Shown here piece by piece: positions 1-11,015 of a DNA stretch of 64,000 nt. How positions within the stretch are numbered: the stretch's first letter is position 1; every line of letters begins with the position of its first letter. The notes below the pieces were generated by a model. It saw only the letters and a list, made by a program, of their open reading frames with translations. It ran no database searches and was not told the origin of the DNA. The stretch lies in IMG/VR virus record IMGVR_UViG_3300029305_003192, one strand, 5' to 3'. The translations under genes and the position numbers were made by a program. The stretch is from a virus (taxonomy: Duplodnaviria > Caudoviricetes).

Positions 1-13
1 TTGCTAAATGACA

Positions 14-859
14 TTAGCTCACTCCTTTAAATAAGAAGGTATGTCTGATATATGATATATCAGACTCATACGGCTCTCTTAATGAGAGTTGTGGATAGTT
101 CTGGTACTTCAGAATCGAATTCTTAAATACGACTGATATGAAGTTGACCAATCTGTTATTATGTGCTTCGGCATGGCTTATAACGCCATTATCAGTTGCC
201 TGCTCGGACAGAATTAATTTGAGATACTCTGGGTCCATAGTAAATGATGCGTCCTCACCATTAATAGTACCGCAATAATCAGTCATTACCGCAACAGGCT
301 CGAATATATACTGAGTATAGTCTCCTGACAAGATATCTCCACATGTATCGTTGAGCTCCTTCATACTAGAGCTACAAACGTCTTTAAAACTATCGTAATC
401 GCGGTAGAAGAAATCCTGTCTGAGTGATGGCACTCTCATATCCATAAGAACCCTCTTACGTGCTCGGTGCTGAATCATTAATTCTGGGACTGTACCAGGA
501 GGCATTAATCTCTTCCAATTGTCACTGGCAATTGAATCGAATCGGTTCACATTATCGATGCCTCGGTTGGTATTCCAATCGCGCTCTATTTCACGAACGC
601 GCTTGATTGCATCATGCGCCATCTTGATGGATTGAATTGGATGGATTTCTCTTGATATCTCCACACCATCAAGGTTGAATCCTGTCCTCTTAACTTCGTC
701 TTCGATTGATTCGGTTCTCCACGACTCCATACCTTTAGCAATCTCCGGGTGCTCAAGGATGTCACTGAGTCTAAACTTAGGCATGAAATCTGGGTCACAC
801 CTAACCTGCTTATGTTGGTCCATATTTAATGAGCCATCCTTACCGAAATAATCTGCCAT
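14..859 (-). CDS. hypothetical phage protein (281 aa)
   Basis: Long ORF with GGAG RBS and an upstream TATATTAT motif (908-915); no recognisable family motif. Confidence 0.75.
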   Translation of the reverse strand: MADYFGKDGSLNMDQHKQVRCDPDFMPKFRLSDILEHPEIAKGMESWRTESIEDEVKRTGFNLDGVEISREIHPIQSIKMAHDAIKRVREIERDWNTNRGIDNVNRFDSIASDNWKRLMPPGTVPELMIQHRARKRVLMDMRVPSLRQDFFYRDYDSFKDVCSSSMKELNDTCGDILSGDYTQYIFEPVAVMTDYCGTINGEDASFTMDPEYLKLILSEQATDNGVISHAEAHNNRLVNFISVVFKNSILKYQNYPQLSLREPYESDISYIRHTFLFKGVS

Positions 860-974
860 ATTTTACATCTCCTTTTTATAGTCATCTCACGCGGGGTGAG
901 TGTTGTAATAATATACAATCGAAATTTAAGTTGATAAATTACCGACTGATGATATCATCAGTCGGTAATTGTAT

Positions 975-3101
975 TTAGAATCTATCGAATCTATCCTTGC
1001 GGTCAAGAGTTGGATGGTCATCAGGCAGAACGTCTGCAAGATTTGTAGCAAAGAGTGGGTCGATAGATGACGGCTCTGTCTTTGTATAGAATCTTGGGTC
1101 GAGTAACTGCTTTCTGAGATTTGTCTGACGCATGGAGTCGATAGGCGATGCTGAATTAAACAGTGAGTCATTAATAGACAAAATCTGATAATCATCATGG
1201 TCTCCAGTAGGTCCGAAGTCCGGGAAGGAGTATATATCAGAACGCTTTCTGATAAGACCACGGATAATCATTTCGTCATGTACTGCATCGATGCGGATAT
1301 CAGATTCAAACTTATTAGCAAGCATATTCTGACACAGCTCATCGATAGTAGTATTTGCGGTAGCTGCTTTAGTATTGATAAGTGCCTTGATACGTGCAGT
1401 AGAGTCAATACTGTCTTCAGATGAAACTGATACGTTGAAGATACTATCGGTTGCATCAATATCGTCAAATGCCACGAGTAACTGCTTTGTGCTCTTAGAA
1501 CGCTTAATGAGAGCCTTCAGTGAGTCTGAGAAGTACAGCTTAATTTCATGGTCAGGTACGACGTTGTAGATAACATTAGAACGTGCATCCACTACCTTAT
1601 ATTCTGTACAGTAGTACTGTACATTGTCATCAGAATCTTCTTCCTTGAAGATTTTATCGATAAGGAGATACTGGTCCTGGTCAGTGCTAGTATCGTCCTT
1701 GAGAACGATATCAGATGAGATGAATTCAAAGTCGCGATTGAATTCCTCGTTGAATGCGATGGACTCGGAGTTGGTCTGGTTAATATGCTTTGACTTCAGA
1801 GTACGCTGCTTCAATGGCTCCGTCTCAACGATACCCGCATAAGCACCAGCAGATGCAAGGTTCTGGTTATTTGAGAAGAGTTTACCGTAGCAGTACATAC
1901 AAACCATTCCATTATCAGAGTTACATGTACATGGACTTCTGAACTGAAGAGTTCTTCCGATGAGGTGCTGGTCCTTAAATCTGTCAACACACTTCATCTT
2001 ATTTCCATCCTGGTCGTCGTAATAATAACGGCCATTAAGTGCTGTTAACCACTGCTGGTCAATGATGGTGTACTGAAGCGTTCTTGTAGAGTCGCACATC
2101 TCATAGTCTGTTCGGAGAAGGACATGTGCAGCACTGTTAGCAACACGTTTAGCATATGTGCCTGGGTCCTTCATGTTAATCTTAGAGTCGATTGTAGCCT
2201 TACGAGCAGCCTGAGCATCAATAAGGAAGTCAGCCGGAGTAATCATACCATCAACGAAAATGTTGTGATTAATCATATATGGAATTACGTGACCGTCAAG
2301 GTCAGGCTTAAATCCAACGCCGACCATAACTTCCTGGAACTGACCCATAGACATAATCTTACCTGCCTTAAAGATAGGTGCCAGGTCGCAATCACTGTTA
2401 CGGATAATATCAGCAAGTTCATTGGTACGCTCTTTAAAGAATGCCTCAATTTCACTTGGCTGCCAATCCGGATTTGGTTTCTCTGTCATAATCTCCACAA
2501 TACGTGGATGTTTCTCTGCAGTCTTGCAGATGTTATATACGGAAAGTCCGCCACCTGCAATAATTGAGATATACTTAGCAACTGCAGTTATATTAAAGAT
2601 GATTTCATCGATGATTGCTGACATTGTATCTGAGTCAACCTCAATCTGTCTTACATATTTCTCATCAATGAAGTCATTGATAGCCTCGATAGGTTTATCG
2701 ATAAAGTTATATATGTAAGATTCGTCCATGATGTCCACAGAGTCTGTAGCAGCAAATGCATACCACAGAATCATGTTGGATAAGAAGTGTCTCATCTGAA
2801 GAGAATATGGCTTGGTCTTATCGGACTTACGAATCTTAAAGTGAATAATTCTTGTGCGGACTTCTTCATATTCGAAGCCCCACTTACATAAATCCCACAG
2901 GTTCTGGTATACTACGGACCAAGTGGTTTTATTCTGAAGAATCTCCTCGAGGTATAACATCTTATGAGGACCATAAAGTTCCATCAGCTCCTCGAATGGA
3001 AGAGCCGGTGGACCACTGTAGTTTATCTTCTGCAGAGCTTTCTTCTCGGATTTGCTCAGCGTGCTGGTAGCAACATGCTGAGCGAGCTTTGATTTTCCCA
3101 T
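975..3101 (-). CDS. phage multisubunit RNA polymerase beta' subunit, C-terminal part (probably non-virion RNAP)
   Basis: Bridge helix AARKATIDSKINMKDPGTYAKRV (cf. [23 protein letters not shown]), Zn site RSPCTC..GMVCMYCYG, trigger loop EPLKQRTLKSKH (cf. EPGTQLTMRTFH); lacks NADFDGD, so beta' is split. Confidence 0.9.
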   Translation of the reverse strand: MGKSKLAQHVATSTLSKSEKKALQKINYSGPPALPFEELMELYGPHKMLYLEEILQNKTTWSVVYQNLWDLCKWGFEYEEVRTRIIHFKIRKSDKTKPYSLQMRHFLSNMILWYAFAATDSVDIMDESYIYNFIDKPIEAINDFIDEKYVRQIEVDSDTMSAIIDEIIFNITAVAKYISIIAGGGLSVYNICKTAEKHPRIVEIMTEKPNPDWQPSEIEAFFKERTNELADIIRNSDCDLAPIFKAGKIMSMGQFQEVMVGVGFKPDLDGHVIPYMINHNIFVDGMITPADFLIDAQAARKATIDSKINMKDPGTYAKRVANSAAHVLLRTDYEMCDSTRTLQYTIIDQQWLTALNGRYYYDDQDGNKMKCVDRFKDQHLIGRTLQFRSPCTCNSDNGMVCMYCYGKLFSNNQNLASAGAYAGIVETEPLKQRTLKSKHINQTNSESIAFNEEFNRDFEFISSDIVLKDDTSTDQDQYLLIDKIFKEEDSDDNVQYYCTEYKVVDARSNVIYNVVPDHEIKLYFSDSLKALIKRSKSTKQLLVAFDDIDATDSIFNVSVSSEDSIDSTARIKALINTKAATANTTIDELCQNMLANKFESDIRIDAVHDEMIIRGLIRKRSDIYSFPDFGPTGDHDDYQILSINDSLFNSASPIDSMRQTNLRKQLLDPRFYTKTEPSSIDPLFATNLADVLPDDHPTLDRKDRFDRF

Positions 3102-3113
3102 AGTAATTCTCCT

Positions 3114-4952
3114 TTATTTTAAGTCAATATTAACCTGAGGATAACTCTTACGAGCTTCAGGTACCTTTTCGATAATCTCGATGGTCTCATTTGCGATATC
3201 GAAGAGGTCGTTGTATGCTTTAAGTGCTTCATCAAAGTGCTCCTTATTATCATAAGGCAATTCGATATTCCACTTAGCATCGGAAGAGATATCGATAACT
3301 TCACCAGTATTGATATCTACTGGCTGGATGTCTTCTTCAGTATATACTGATTCGCCGATAACATCTTTCCATGTCTTAACGTCCTTATATGTATCATACA
3401 TCATGTGGGAAGGTTCCCATGTTGGTGTAAAGTAGAATCTGTCGTAGATGTTGACGAATGGTGTAAATGAACCGCTCATACCGATATCGCTATTTGATGT
3501 ACAGTTAGGGTCGATGATACCTACGAAACTTGGATGGATGTCACGCATCTTGAGGATAACATTCTTCGTAGATTTCTCACCAAGTGCTTCAGGACCCTTT
3601 GTACTGTATGCGAGGTCAAGAAGCATAGTACAGTCATTTACGACATCATCTGGTTTGATAAGGTCCGAGAGATTTCTCATACCGTTAAGTATGATGCATG
3701 AGCTATAGTTGAAGAGCTCGAGGAGCGAATCGATATCGTTCTGTCTTGAGTCAGAAAGCTTTGAAATGAGTGAGTTAATCATTTCGGAAATCTTTCGACC
3801 AAGTGTAGAATCTACGATATATTCGTTCTTACGAATTCTCTTAGTAGTCACGTCAATATTGTCTTTAGCCTTGAGCTCGTCATAGTCCATCATCATCCAA
3901 CGAAGTACACAGTAGATGTTCTCCTTATGTGCTTCAGGGAGTCTAAGGCTTCTGATAGTGAGCTCTTTAAGATGTCTTTCAAACATGAGAAGTGTCGTCT
4001 TACCCTTCTCCTTGAAAGCAGTGAGACTCTTATCCTTTGCAATAGAACCTACCAGACCGAGTCTACAAATCCAGTAGTTCTTGTCATATACATTCTCCCA
4101 TGTGACTGGATGATCACGATTTGAGAGATGGTAGAGCATACCAGTCATAGACTGAATAAACTCATTATTATCAAAGAGCTCCTTGCTAACCTTAATGAAG
4201 AGCTCATCGAGTGGGAAATAATAATACTTCTCCTTAGCACTCTCACGTACAGTCTGTACGATAGTAATGGCGTCCTTTACGCCAAAGAATGCAATGGTGT
4301 CATATATACCAACCTTGGCACTCAGTACGAGCAGAGGATTGAGGAATTTATTCTTCTGCTTACCAACTCTTGCTTTAGGTCCACGACGCTTCTTAGATGA
4401 GTCCATCGCAATAGAATACTGCTTGAATGTATATGGATTACCATCAATATCTGTCATTGGACGGTTGGCCTGCTTATAGAGGGTAAGGGGCATTCTACTC
4501 TTAAGAGTAATACGACCGCGCTGAGTATATACAGACGCCTCAACGAGCTGCCATATAGCCTTAGCCCTCTTATTATTCATGAGGAAGAAGCCATCCATAG
4601 GCTTCGGAAGGAGGATGGATTTAACAATCTTTCGCTCCTCCAGATTGGTACGTACTGTGAAGTAGAACTTCATCTCAGTACAGATATCTTCATAGATATG
4701 CTTGAAGTTCGGAATTGGGTCATTCTGTTTCTTCTTCTTGTAGTTAATGTTGATACGATGCTCGTTCATGTTAATCTCGTCCATATCATTGATAACTTCA
4801 TATTTATCAAGAGTGATATTTTCGATAGCTTCGTATTCTTTCATGATACAAACTACCAATTCCTCAAATGAGTAGTCATTTTCCGACCTCAGGAATTCGT
4901 CATTATAGTCTTCCGTAGTCGGATGTTCGTAAAGGTGAATGTAATCTTTCAT
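3114..4952 (-). CDS. phage multisubunit RNA polymerase beta subunit, N-terminal part
   Basis: [27 protein letters not shown] matches RpoB [41 protein letters not shown] resembles RpoB region A. Confidence 0.85.
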   Translation of the reverse strand: [612 protein letters not shown]

Positions 4953-5052
4953 TTATTTAGCCTTCCTTCTCGCCTATCAACCGGCGAATTCTTATACCTT
5001 TTTAAGACCAATAGTACATTTTTAGCTCTAAATTATCTATGTACCGAAAAGA

Positions 5053-5088
5053 AATCACACATGACCAGAAATCTGGTCATGTGTGATT
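5053..5088. terminator. intrinsic terminator-like hairpin
   Basis: 16-bp perfect inverted repeat AATCACACATGACCAG/CTGGTCATGTGTGATT downstream of the 5099 gene. Confidence 0.7.
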
Positions 5089-5098
5089 ATATTAATCA

Positions 5099-6370
5099 TT
5101 ATACGCATTCGTTGGTACAGATGATTACGTTTCCATCTTCGGTAACGGCCCTAGGGTATGCACCATCGGTCATATTATATATATTCGGAAATGGATTATG
5201 AAGCCCGTCGATCAGTACATCTGGATCATGAACCAACTGTTCGATATCTTCGAAGCTAAGAGCATGTGAATCTATAGTACGTAATCCGGATATATCATCA
5301 AGTTCATCCGCATCAATATGATATAACTCCACCAGAGATATTACTTCATCCTTAGGCTTATCAATATATCTCGAGATAGCAACTTCATTGTTTAAGAAGC
5401 ATACTTTAACCTCAGGCTTCGGTGCTATGAGTGAAAAGTACGTTGATCTCGGAACTGCAAATTCTACCATAAACTGAGAGAATCGGCGAGGTGCTACTCC
5501 ACGGTATTTCTGTTCAGTGTCTGCTGTAAATACCAGATATCCAGATCTCGCAATATTGGCTGATATTGGGGCAACTGCTGTACCCATATTAGTTGTACAT
5601 ATTTCTCGATCGGATATAAATCTCATATTATCGTTAATAATTTTGAGCAAACTCCTTCCTCGTGATGAGTATACCGATTTATCAAACTCGTGGTTAATAA
5701 ATGCAAAATCGTCAAGCGGAATGAAACATTTAATATATTCTCCGTTTTTACAGTCATCATCACTGAAATGTGTACATAACGACAGTCTTCCGATATCATA
5801 TTCCGGCTCATTATATCTTGAACCATATACCTCCTTCTTAATAGAAATTCCCCTTCTTTCAGCATCGACCTTCTCGACTGCGTCGATAGTATCTGCAACT
5901 TCTCTTACGGCCTTAGCGAATCCTTCTGGAAGGATAGCACCATTCTTATGAGTAGCGAGGATTTCATTCTTGATACCTTCGAAATCCTTATAGAGGCCCA
6001 TCGTTCTCTCGTCTGGAAGAGCTGCCTTAGTAGCTTCTTTTTCTTCCGTATGAGCGATGATTACTGAAGCTGTCTTAACCTCCGGAAGTACAACTTCTTC
6101 CTTTACGGGTTCAACAATTTCCGCTTCTACGACTTCAACATCATGCACAGGAATATTGACTGCATTATTATGTGTAGCTACATTAGAAGCCTTCTGCTGC
6201 TTCTTGGCCTTCTTCTTACTCTTCTTAGAGTTTACCTTGTTAGTGCCAATATGCGGATTTGCCATCGCCGATTCAATAGCAGCCATAGCTGAACTTGGGA
6301 TTGATACTCCGCCCGAATTTGCGAGGGGAATAAGTGGTGTAGGTGCTGTTTTGTTGATAATTGTTGCCAT
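5099..6370 (-). CDS. hypothetical protein with Lys-rich and acidic low-complexity N-terminus
   Basis: ORF track 5099..6415; start moved to MATIINK (6370), which has an AGGAGG RBS. Confidence 0.7.
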   Translation of the reverse strand: MATIINKTAPTPLIPLANSGGVSIPSSAMAAIESAMANPHIGTNKVNSKKSKKKAKKQQKASNVATHNNAVNIPVHDVEVVEAEIVEPVKEEVVLPEVKTASVIIAHTEEKEATKAALPDERTMGLYKDFEGIKNEILATHKNGAILPEGFAKAVREVADTIDAVEKVDAERRGISIKKEVYGSRYNEPEYDIGRLSLCTHFSDDDCKNGEYIKCFIPLDDFAFINHEFDKSVYSSRGRSLLKIINDNMRFISDREICTTNMGTAVAPISANIARSGYLVFTADTEQKYRGVAPRRFSQFMVEFAVPRSTYFSLIAPKPEVKVCFLNNEVAISRYIDKPKDEVISLVELYHIDADELDDISGLRTIDSHALSFEDIEQLVHDPDVLIDGLHNPFPNIYNMTDGAYPRAVTEDGNVIICTNECV

Positions 6371-6447
6371 GGTAAAAATACCTCCTAAAATAAAATTGTA
6401 TCCCGTAAGCGTCATCGCTTACGGGATTATGGTTTATAAATGTGATG

Positions 6448-7188
6448 TTAACGCTCGGTCTTTGAGTCAGACTTTACGTTAAGTTTTGAATCCTTTGAAG
6501 GGTCACATGTGAATGTGAATGCATCCTTCTTAGGTTTATACTCGACCTTAATAGTCATGACGTCGAGTAATTCAATTTCGCACGAGTGCGCGGAATTGCC
6601 AGCCGCATTACGCATTGCGACTAACGTAGCATGCTGAATGAAAAGCAGTGCTACGATGTATATTGACCAGTCCTCGGGATTAACCCCGAACTTATAACCA
6701 GTCAATAACTTTGCTGTCTGGGTCTGGATGAAGCCGAGTGTTATTCGGTCTTCCTCACTGAAGTTCTTGACTACTGGGACATGGATAATACTGCCTCCCA
6801 GTGCGATGTCAAGCATACCAAGATTGATTGGTGTACGATTTACAATTGCATTCACAATCTCACCTGGACTTATTGTACCAACGCGATTACCTGTCTTCTC
6901 GGCAGTGTCGTTGGTTCTGGAATCAGGCTCCAGTATTAAGAGTCCTCCCACATCTAAATAGTCGTGGGTATCCAGATATACGGTACACATATAAAGATAC
7001 ATGACCGTGATGGTGTAGAGCATGTATGGTTCACCACTCAGGTCTAAACCACAATGCTTGAGTATGGGGTCATTGATAACTCCACGCTCAATCTCTTTAA
7101 TAAGGGCTTCTTGAATACCCTTCTTTGGGCGTAAGTTTTTCTTACCGCCCTGTTTGTCCAACTTTCTTACGTTATCCATTTTGACCAT
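6448..7188 (-). CDS. hypothetical protein (246 aa)
   Basis: ORF with GAAAGGA RBS and upstream TATATATCAT motif. Confidence 0.7.
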   Translation of the reverse strand: MVKMDNVRKLDKQGGKKNLRPKKGIQEALIKEIERGVINDPILKHCGLDLSGEPYMLYTITVMYLYMCTVYLDTHDYLDVGGLLILEPDSRTNDTAEKTGNRVGTISPGEIVNAIVNRTPINLGMLDIALGGSIIHVPVVKNFSEEDRITLGFIQTQTAKLLTGYKFGVNPEDWSIYIVALLFIQHATLVAMRNAAGNSAHSCEIELLDVMTIKVEYKPKKDAFTFTCDPSKDSKLNVKSDSKTER

Positions 7189-7213
7189 CCTTTCTGCTTT
7201 AATAGTCGATAGA

Positions 7214-7223
7214 ATGATATATA
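7214..7223 (-). promoter_or_regulatory. putative early promoter TATATATCAT
   Basis: One of 7 exact intergenic copies, each oriented toward a downstream gene. Confidence 0.7.
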
Positions 7224-7228
7224 CTCAT

Positions 7229-9412
7229 TTATCGAATTTTAGATAGAAAATTATCGATATCCTCTCGTCGGATAATTGGCATTCGGTGCTTTCGAGCCTT
7301 CTGTAACTTCTCAGTGTTAGCGCTTGTATTTGCCGCAATCAGTGCTATACAGTCCTTATTGAAGCCAGATATCAATTCATATCCTCGTTTATTGAGCTCT
7401 GCACGAATCTCTGCTTTGGCATCTTTACCAAAGTCTGTACATGCAAAATTACCGATGAACTTCTGAGACTCTACGATGGTAAACTCATCGAGCAGTCCCA
7501 TTATCTCTTCACTGTTATCGGCGAAGAATGATGCAACTTTTCTTGCACTGGATGGTCCTATGCTCTTAGCATCCATCATTCTGTCCATGATGGTGAATGA
7601 CCAGCCCTTCTTAAGGAGTCTTATCAATTCCTCGATAGATGTGATGTTTGCAATCTTCTTAGCAGTCTCAAGGCCAACACCAGGAATATTGAGTGCGTTG
7701 ATAAATTCAGCCTCTGTTATAGAACGCTTATACAAGCTCTCAATCTCACTAATGAATGCATCGATGTTATTATTACCCCATCCTGATACACGGGACATCT
7801 TCTCACGGAAAGCTTCTCTATCATATTTGATAGCTTTAATGAGGTCAAGTGGACTTGAAATGTGTGTATTGTCATATACATCTCCAAACGATTCATCGGA
7901 GAATCCTTCCATACCCAGACGGGTAGCAAATTCAATAAGTCTTCCTACAACTCTGCGAGAACAGTCCTTATTCGGACATACGCAGTAGTTACTTCCGACT
8001 TTATTACCGTGCTCATCGATGGTAGATGTATGATTAAGTGTGGAACCACAGTATGGACATTGCATACTGAATTTAAGTCTCTCACCGCCGTTATATTTAA
8101 CGACTCTCTTAAGCATTGGGATTACGTCACCAGATGATTCGATTTCAACCTCATCACCGATATGGATATCAAATGACATAGCCTTACTCATAGTTGAAAG
8201 AGATACATCCGTTACTACGGTCTCATTAACGATAGTCTCTGTAATCTTAAGCATCGGTGTGGCTCTACCACCTCTACCGATACTCATATAACCGTATTCC
8301 ACTATACCAGTACCGAGCTTGTCGTTAATCTTAAAGGCATATGAGCAGCTCATGGCATCGTCTCTGAATCCTTTATATGAGAACATCGGAGCTCCTGTTA
8401 TGTCACCACGATAACTGTCATAATCTGACTCTGGAGTAACATATGCTACAACACCATCAGTTCTGAATGGATAGTCAGTACTATGGTATTTATCCATAAG
8501 CTCTCTTGTTAATGAGAGTAACTCCTTTCGGAACTCTCTTTCGTCTGTCTTTGACATATAATAACCTATAGACTTCTTATGTGGTCCAAGGCATCTGTCG
8601 GTACCAATGAAGCTATAGAAATTACCATCCTTGATAACCAGTGGCATTATTGTGATATGGTTACCATACTTGATATTCTTAGGGCTTCCTACAATACCGC
8701 TTATTGCGGAACGTGGATTTGCATATATGCCCTTAAGATGCTCGAAGTCTTCTCTACTACAAAGAACTTCACACTTAATGGCACCTTTCTCAATGTGTCG
8801 TGCAAGCTTCTCGATCTCGTCAAAGTTCTTAGCTTGCTTGAGGAGCGGGAGGATGTTCTGACCTTTCGCTCCATCTTTTCTTGTAACTGCATTGACAACC
8901 CAGCCATCGACAACGTTGATACATGCAGATACACCATCGTACTTCGGAGCAAATATCACTCTAGCGTCTCCGAACATATCGATGAATTTATAGAGGTTAT
9001 CAATAAACTCTCCAATATCATGAGTCTTATTGATAGAACCCACCATATCAGGGTTCATGTGTGGAATTATATCCCACTTGGATTCCGTCTCCATACCAAC
9101 TGGCTCAAAGTCTGTAGTTGTAATCATTGGATGACCATATCTCATATAGATCTTCATGAGTTCATCATACTTAGAGTCGGATACCAGCAGATATGAATTC
9201 TTGCTGTATGTGTATACAATCATACACAGATTAATAAACTTCTTGAGAACTTGGTCACTAATGATATAACCATTCTCGTCCATATCAGTCACGTAGTCGA
9301 CATAACGGTCGAACTCAAACTGATAATTTGCCAATGCGGCGACTTCAATGTTACCATTCTTCAAGTCTTTGTAAATGGTATTGATTCTTTTCTCAACTGA
9401 ATTAATTGCCAT
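7229..9412 (-). CDS. ligA: NAD-dependent DNA ligase
   Basis: KYDG adenylation motif, TRKDG, DGVV, AFK, OB fold (SGDVIP), C4 Zn finger CPYC..C..C, HhH ALNIPGVG, C-terminal BRCT-like region; probable start MAINSV (9412) after GAAAGGA. Confidence 0.93.
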   Translation of the reverse strand: MAINSVEKRINTIYKDLKNGNIEVAALANYQFEFDRYVDYVTDMDENGYIISDQVLKKFINLCMIVYTYSKNSYLLVSDSKYDELMKIYMRYGHPMITTTDFEPVGMETESKWDIIPHMNPDMVGSINKTHDIGEFIDNLYKFIDMFGDARVIFAPKYDGVSACINVVDGWVVNAVTRKDGAKGQNILPLLKQAKNFDEIEKLARHIEKGAIKCEVLCSREDFEHLKGIYANPRSAISGIVGSPKNIKYGNHITIMPLVIKDGNFYSFIGTDRCLGPHKKSIGYYMSKTDEREFRKELLSLTRELMDKYHSTDYPFRTDGVVAYVTPESDYDSYRGDITGAPMFSYKGFRDDAMSCSYAFKINDKLGTGIVEYGYMSIGRGGRATPMLKITETIVNETVVTDVSLSTMSKAMSFDIHIGDEVEIESSGDVIPMLKRVVKYNGGERLKFSMQCPYCGSTLNHTSTIDEHGNKVGSNYCVCPNKDCSRRVVGRLIEFATRLGMEGFSDESFGDVYDNTHISSPLDLIKAIKYDREAFREKMSRVSGWGNNNIDAFISEIESLYKRSITEAEFINALNIPGVGLETAKKIANITSIEELIRLLKKGWSFTIMDRMMDAKSIGPSSARKVASFFADNSEEIMGLLDEFTIVESQKFIGNFACTDFGKDAKAEIRAELNKRGYELISGFNKDCIALIAANTSANTEKLQKARKHRMPIIRREDIDNFLSKIR

Positions 9413-9454
9413 CGTATCATTCCTTTCATAATATTGTGGTATTTGCTCATAACG

Positions 9455-9464
9455 ATGATATATA
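9455..9464 (-). promoter_or_regulatory. putative early promoter TATATATCAT (ligase)
   Basis: Exact motif ~45 nt upstream of the ligase start. Confidence 0.7.
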
Positions 9465-9543
9465 TTTTTCAATATTTACGTAAAGGTTTTTACGGTGATA
9501 AATTAATACAAAATTTCATAAAACTTAGAGGAGGAAATAAGTT

Positions 9544-10218
9544 ATGACTAAGAAGTGCAAATCATTCATCTTCATCATCAACGGCTCTAACGGCGTAGGA
9601 AAGGACACATTTATCGACAAGTTCAGAGACGAATTACGTGACTATGAATATCTCAATATATCATCTATCGACGTGGTTAAGAACATGCTTCGAAAAAATG
9701 AAATATGGGATGGGCAGAAAGATGAAAAGGGCAGACAGTTACTCGCCGAAGTAAAGGCTGCTATCAATAAGTATTCGGACTTCATCAACACCGATATCAT
9801 CATGAGGGTTGGTAGATGGAGACCAAGAACTATGATGAATAGTATCGCATTCATCCATGTAAGAGAACCCGAGCAGATCGGGATACTGTCACAGAGGCTT
9901 GAGAGTGCCTTTGGTGAGTTCTCTATGGTAGGTACTATTCTTATCAAGAGAGCATCTGCAGAGGCTGCTGCTAACAATGACGCAGATATGAATGTAGAGA
10001 ATTACAAGTACGATATCGTGCTCGAGGATAAGAACGATGAGTTCAAGTCTGCAGTGAATAATCTGACTGGATTAATTCGTATGATTAATCCTACAAGTAT
10101 CCCTCATGAGGAGGAAGTATCTGCAATGAGTCCGGAGGATAAGGCCGAGATAGATAAAATCAGAGAAAGTGCAGATGCACTACTCCCAGCCGATCCGAGT
10201 GGTAATCCATTACAATAA
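9544..10218 (+). CDS. P-loop kinase, deoxynucleoside monophosphate kinase-like
   Basis: INGSNGVGKDT Walker A, WDGQKDEKGRQLL and IHVREPEQI as in phage dNMP-kinase-like proteins; GGAGG RBS. Confidence 0.7.
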   Translation: MTKKCKSFIFIINGSNGVGKDTFIDKFRDELRDYEYLNISSIDVVKNMLRKNEIWDGQKDEKGRQLLAEVKAAINKYSDFINTDIIMRVGRWRPRTMMNSIAFIHVREPEQIGILSQRLESAFGEFSMVGTILIKRASAEAAANNDADMNVENYKYDIVLEDKNDEFKSAVNNLTGLIRMINPTSIPHEEEVSAMSPEDKAEIDKIRESADALLPADPSGNPLQ

Positions 10219-10231
10219 AAATAACAAAAGA

Positions 10232-10258
10232 AACACCGGGAGCAATGCTCCCGGTGTT
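10232..10258. terminator. bidirectional terminator-like hairpin between convergent genes
   Basis: AACACCGGGAGC-aat-GCTCCCGGTGTT. Confidence 0.7.
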
Positions 10259-10262
10259 AGTA

Positions 10263-10736
10263 TCAGACTGGTAATATCACCAGCCCGAAACTTTCTACAA
10301 GGCCTCTTTCTACAAGCCAACGTATATCAATGTATACTTTTCTCGTTTCATAACGAGGGCTTTCGGTAGGTTCTATAGGACCACCGAAGTTCGCGCGGAC
10401 CCTTCCACCGCGCCTACCGTTAGATCTAGATCTACGGCGTTCAATAGTCTCGAACATAGGCACATTGAGTGCCTGGTGAATACTCACCCATTCGTCATAT
10501 GTGATGTTTGAGCCGTTTTCGTTGATGGGTCGGCCTCTTTTAAAGAGGCGATAGCCGAATACGGCTATGTGCTCAGTTCCCATATTTAACTGCCAGGCTT
10601 CAAGCGAAGCCTGGATTTCTCCAGGGCTCATACCTGATTCATGTGGCTGTACCACGAAGCCAGCATAATACGCTCTAAGGAGCTTGCTGCTGCGGTTGAT
10701 AACTTTTGATAAACCACGGTTTCTCTTAGGTCTCAT
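10263..10736 (-). CDS. basic hypothetical protein, probably early
   Basis: Start MRPKRNR after GAAAGGAGG; TATATATCAT motif at 10820-10829. Confidence 0.65.
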   Translation of the reverse strand: MRPKRNRGLSKVINRSSKLLRAYYAGFVVQPHESGMSPGEIQASLEAWQLNMGTEHIAVFGYRLFKRGRPINENGSNITYDEWVSIHQALNVPMFETIERRRSRSNGRRGGRVRANFGGPIEPTESPRYETRKVYIDIRWLVERGLVESFGLVILPV

Positions 10737-10819
10737 AGGACCTCCTTTCTCCACCTTGCGGTGGTATGGCAGTTATATTTGACAGGGACTACCGACCCTC
10801 ATGTTATTATTACACTAAT

Positions 10820-10829
10820 ATGATATATA
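10820..10829 (-). promoter_or_regulatory. putative early promoter TATATATCAT
   Basis: Exact motif upstream of the 10736 gene. Confidence 0.68.
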
Positions 10830-11015
10830 TGCAGTATATGATGAAATCACGCCCATTTAAATTATACCACGAGCGGAACTATCTGGTAGGTGAATAACTA
10901 AAGATTATCCCAAGTAATCCTTTCACGTAAAGACCGATACCATTGGTATCGGTCTTCTTCCTCCGCCCTAGGGTGCATACAAAAAAGACAACGGTATTAC
11001 CGTTGTCTCGATTAT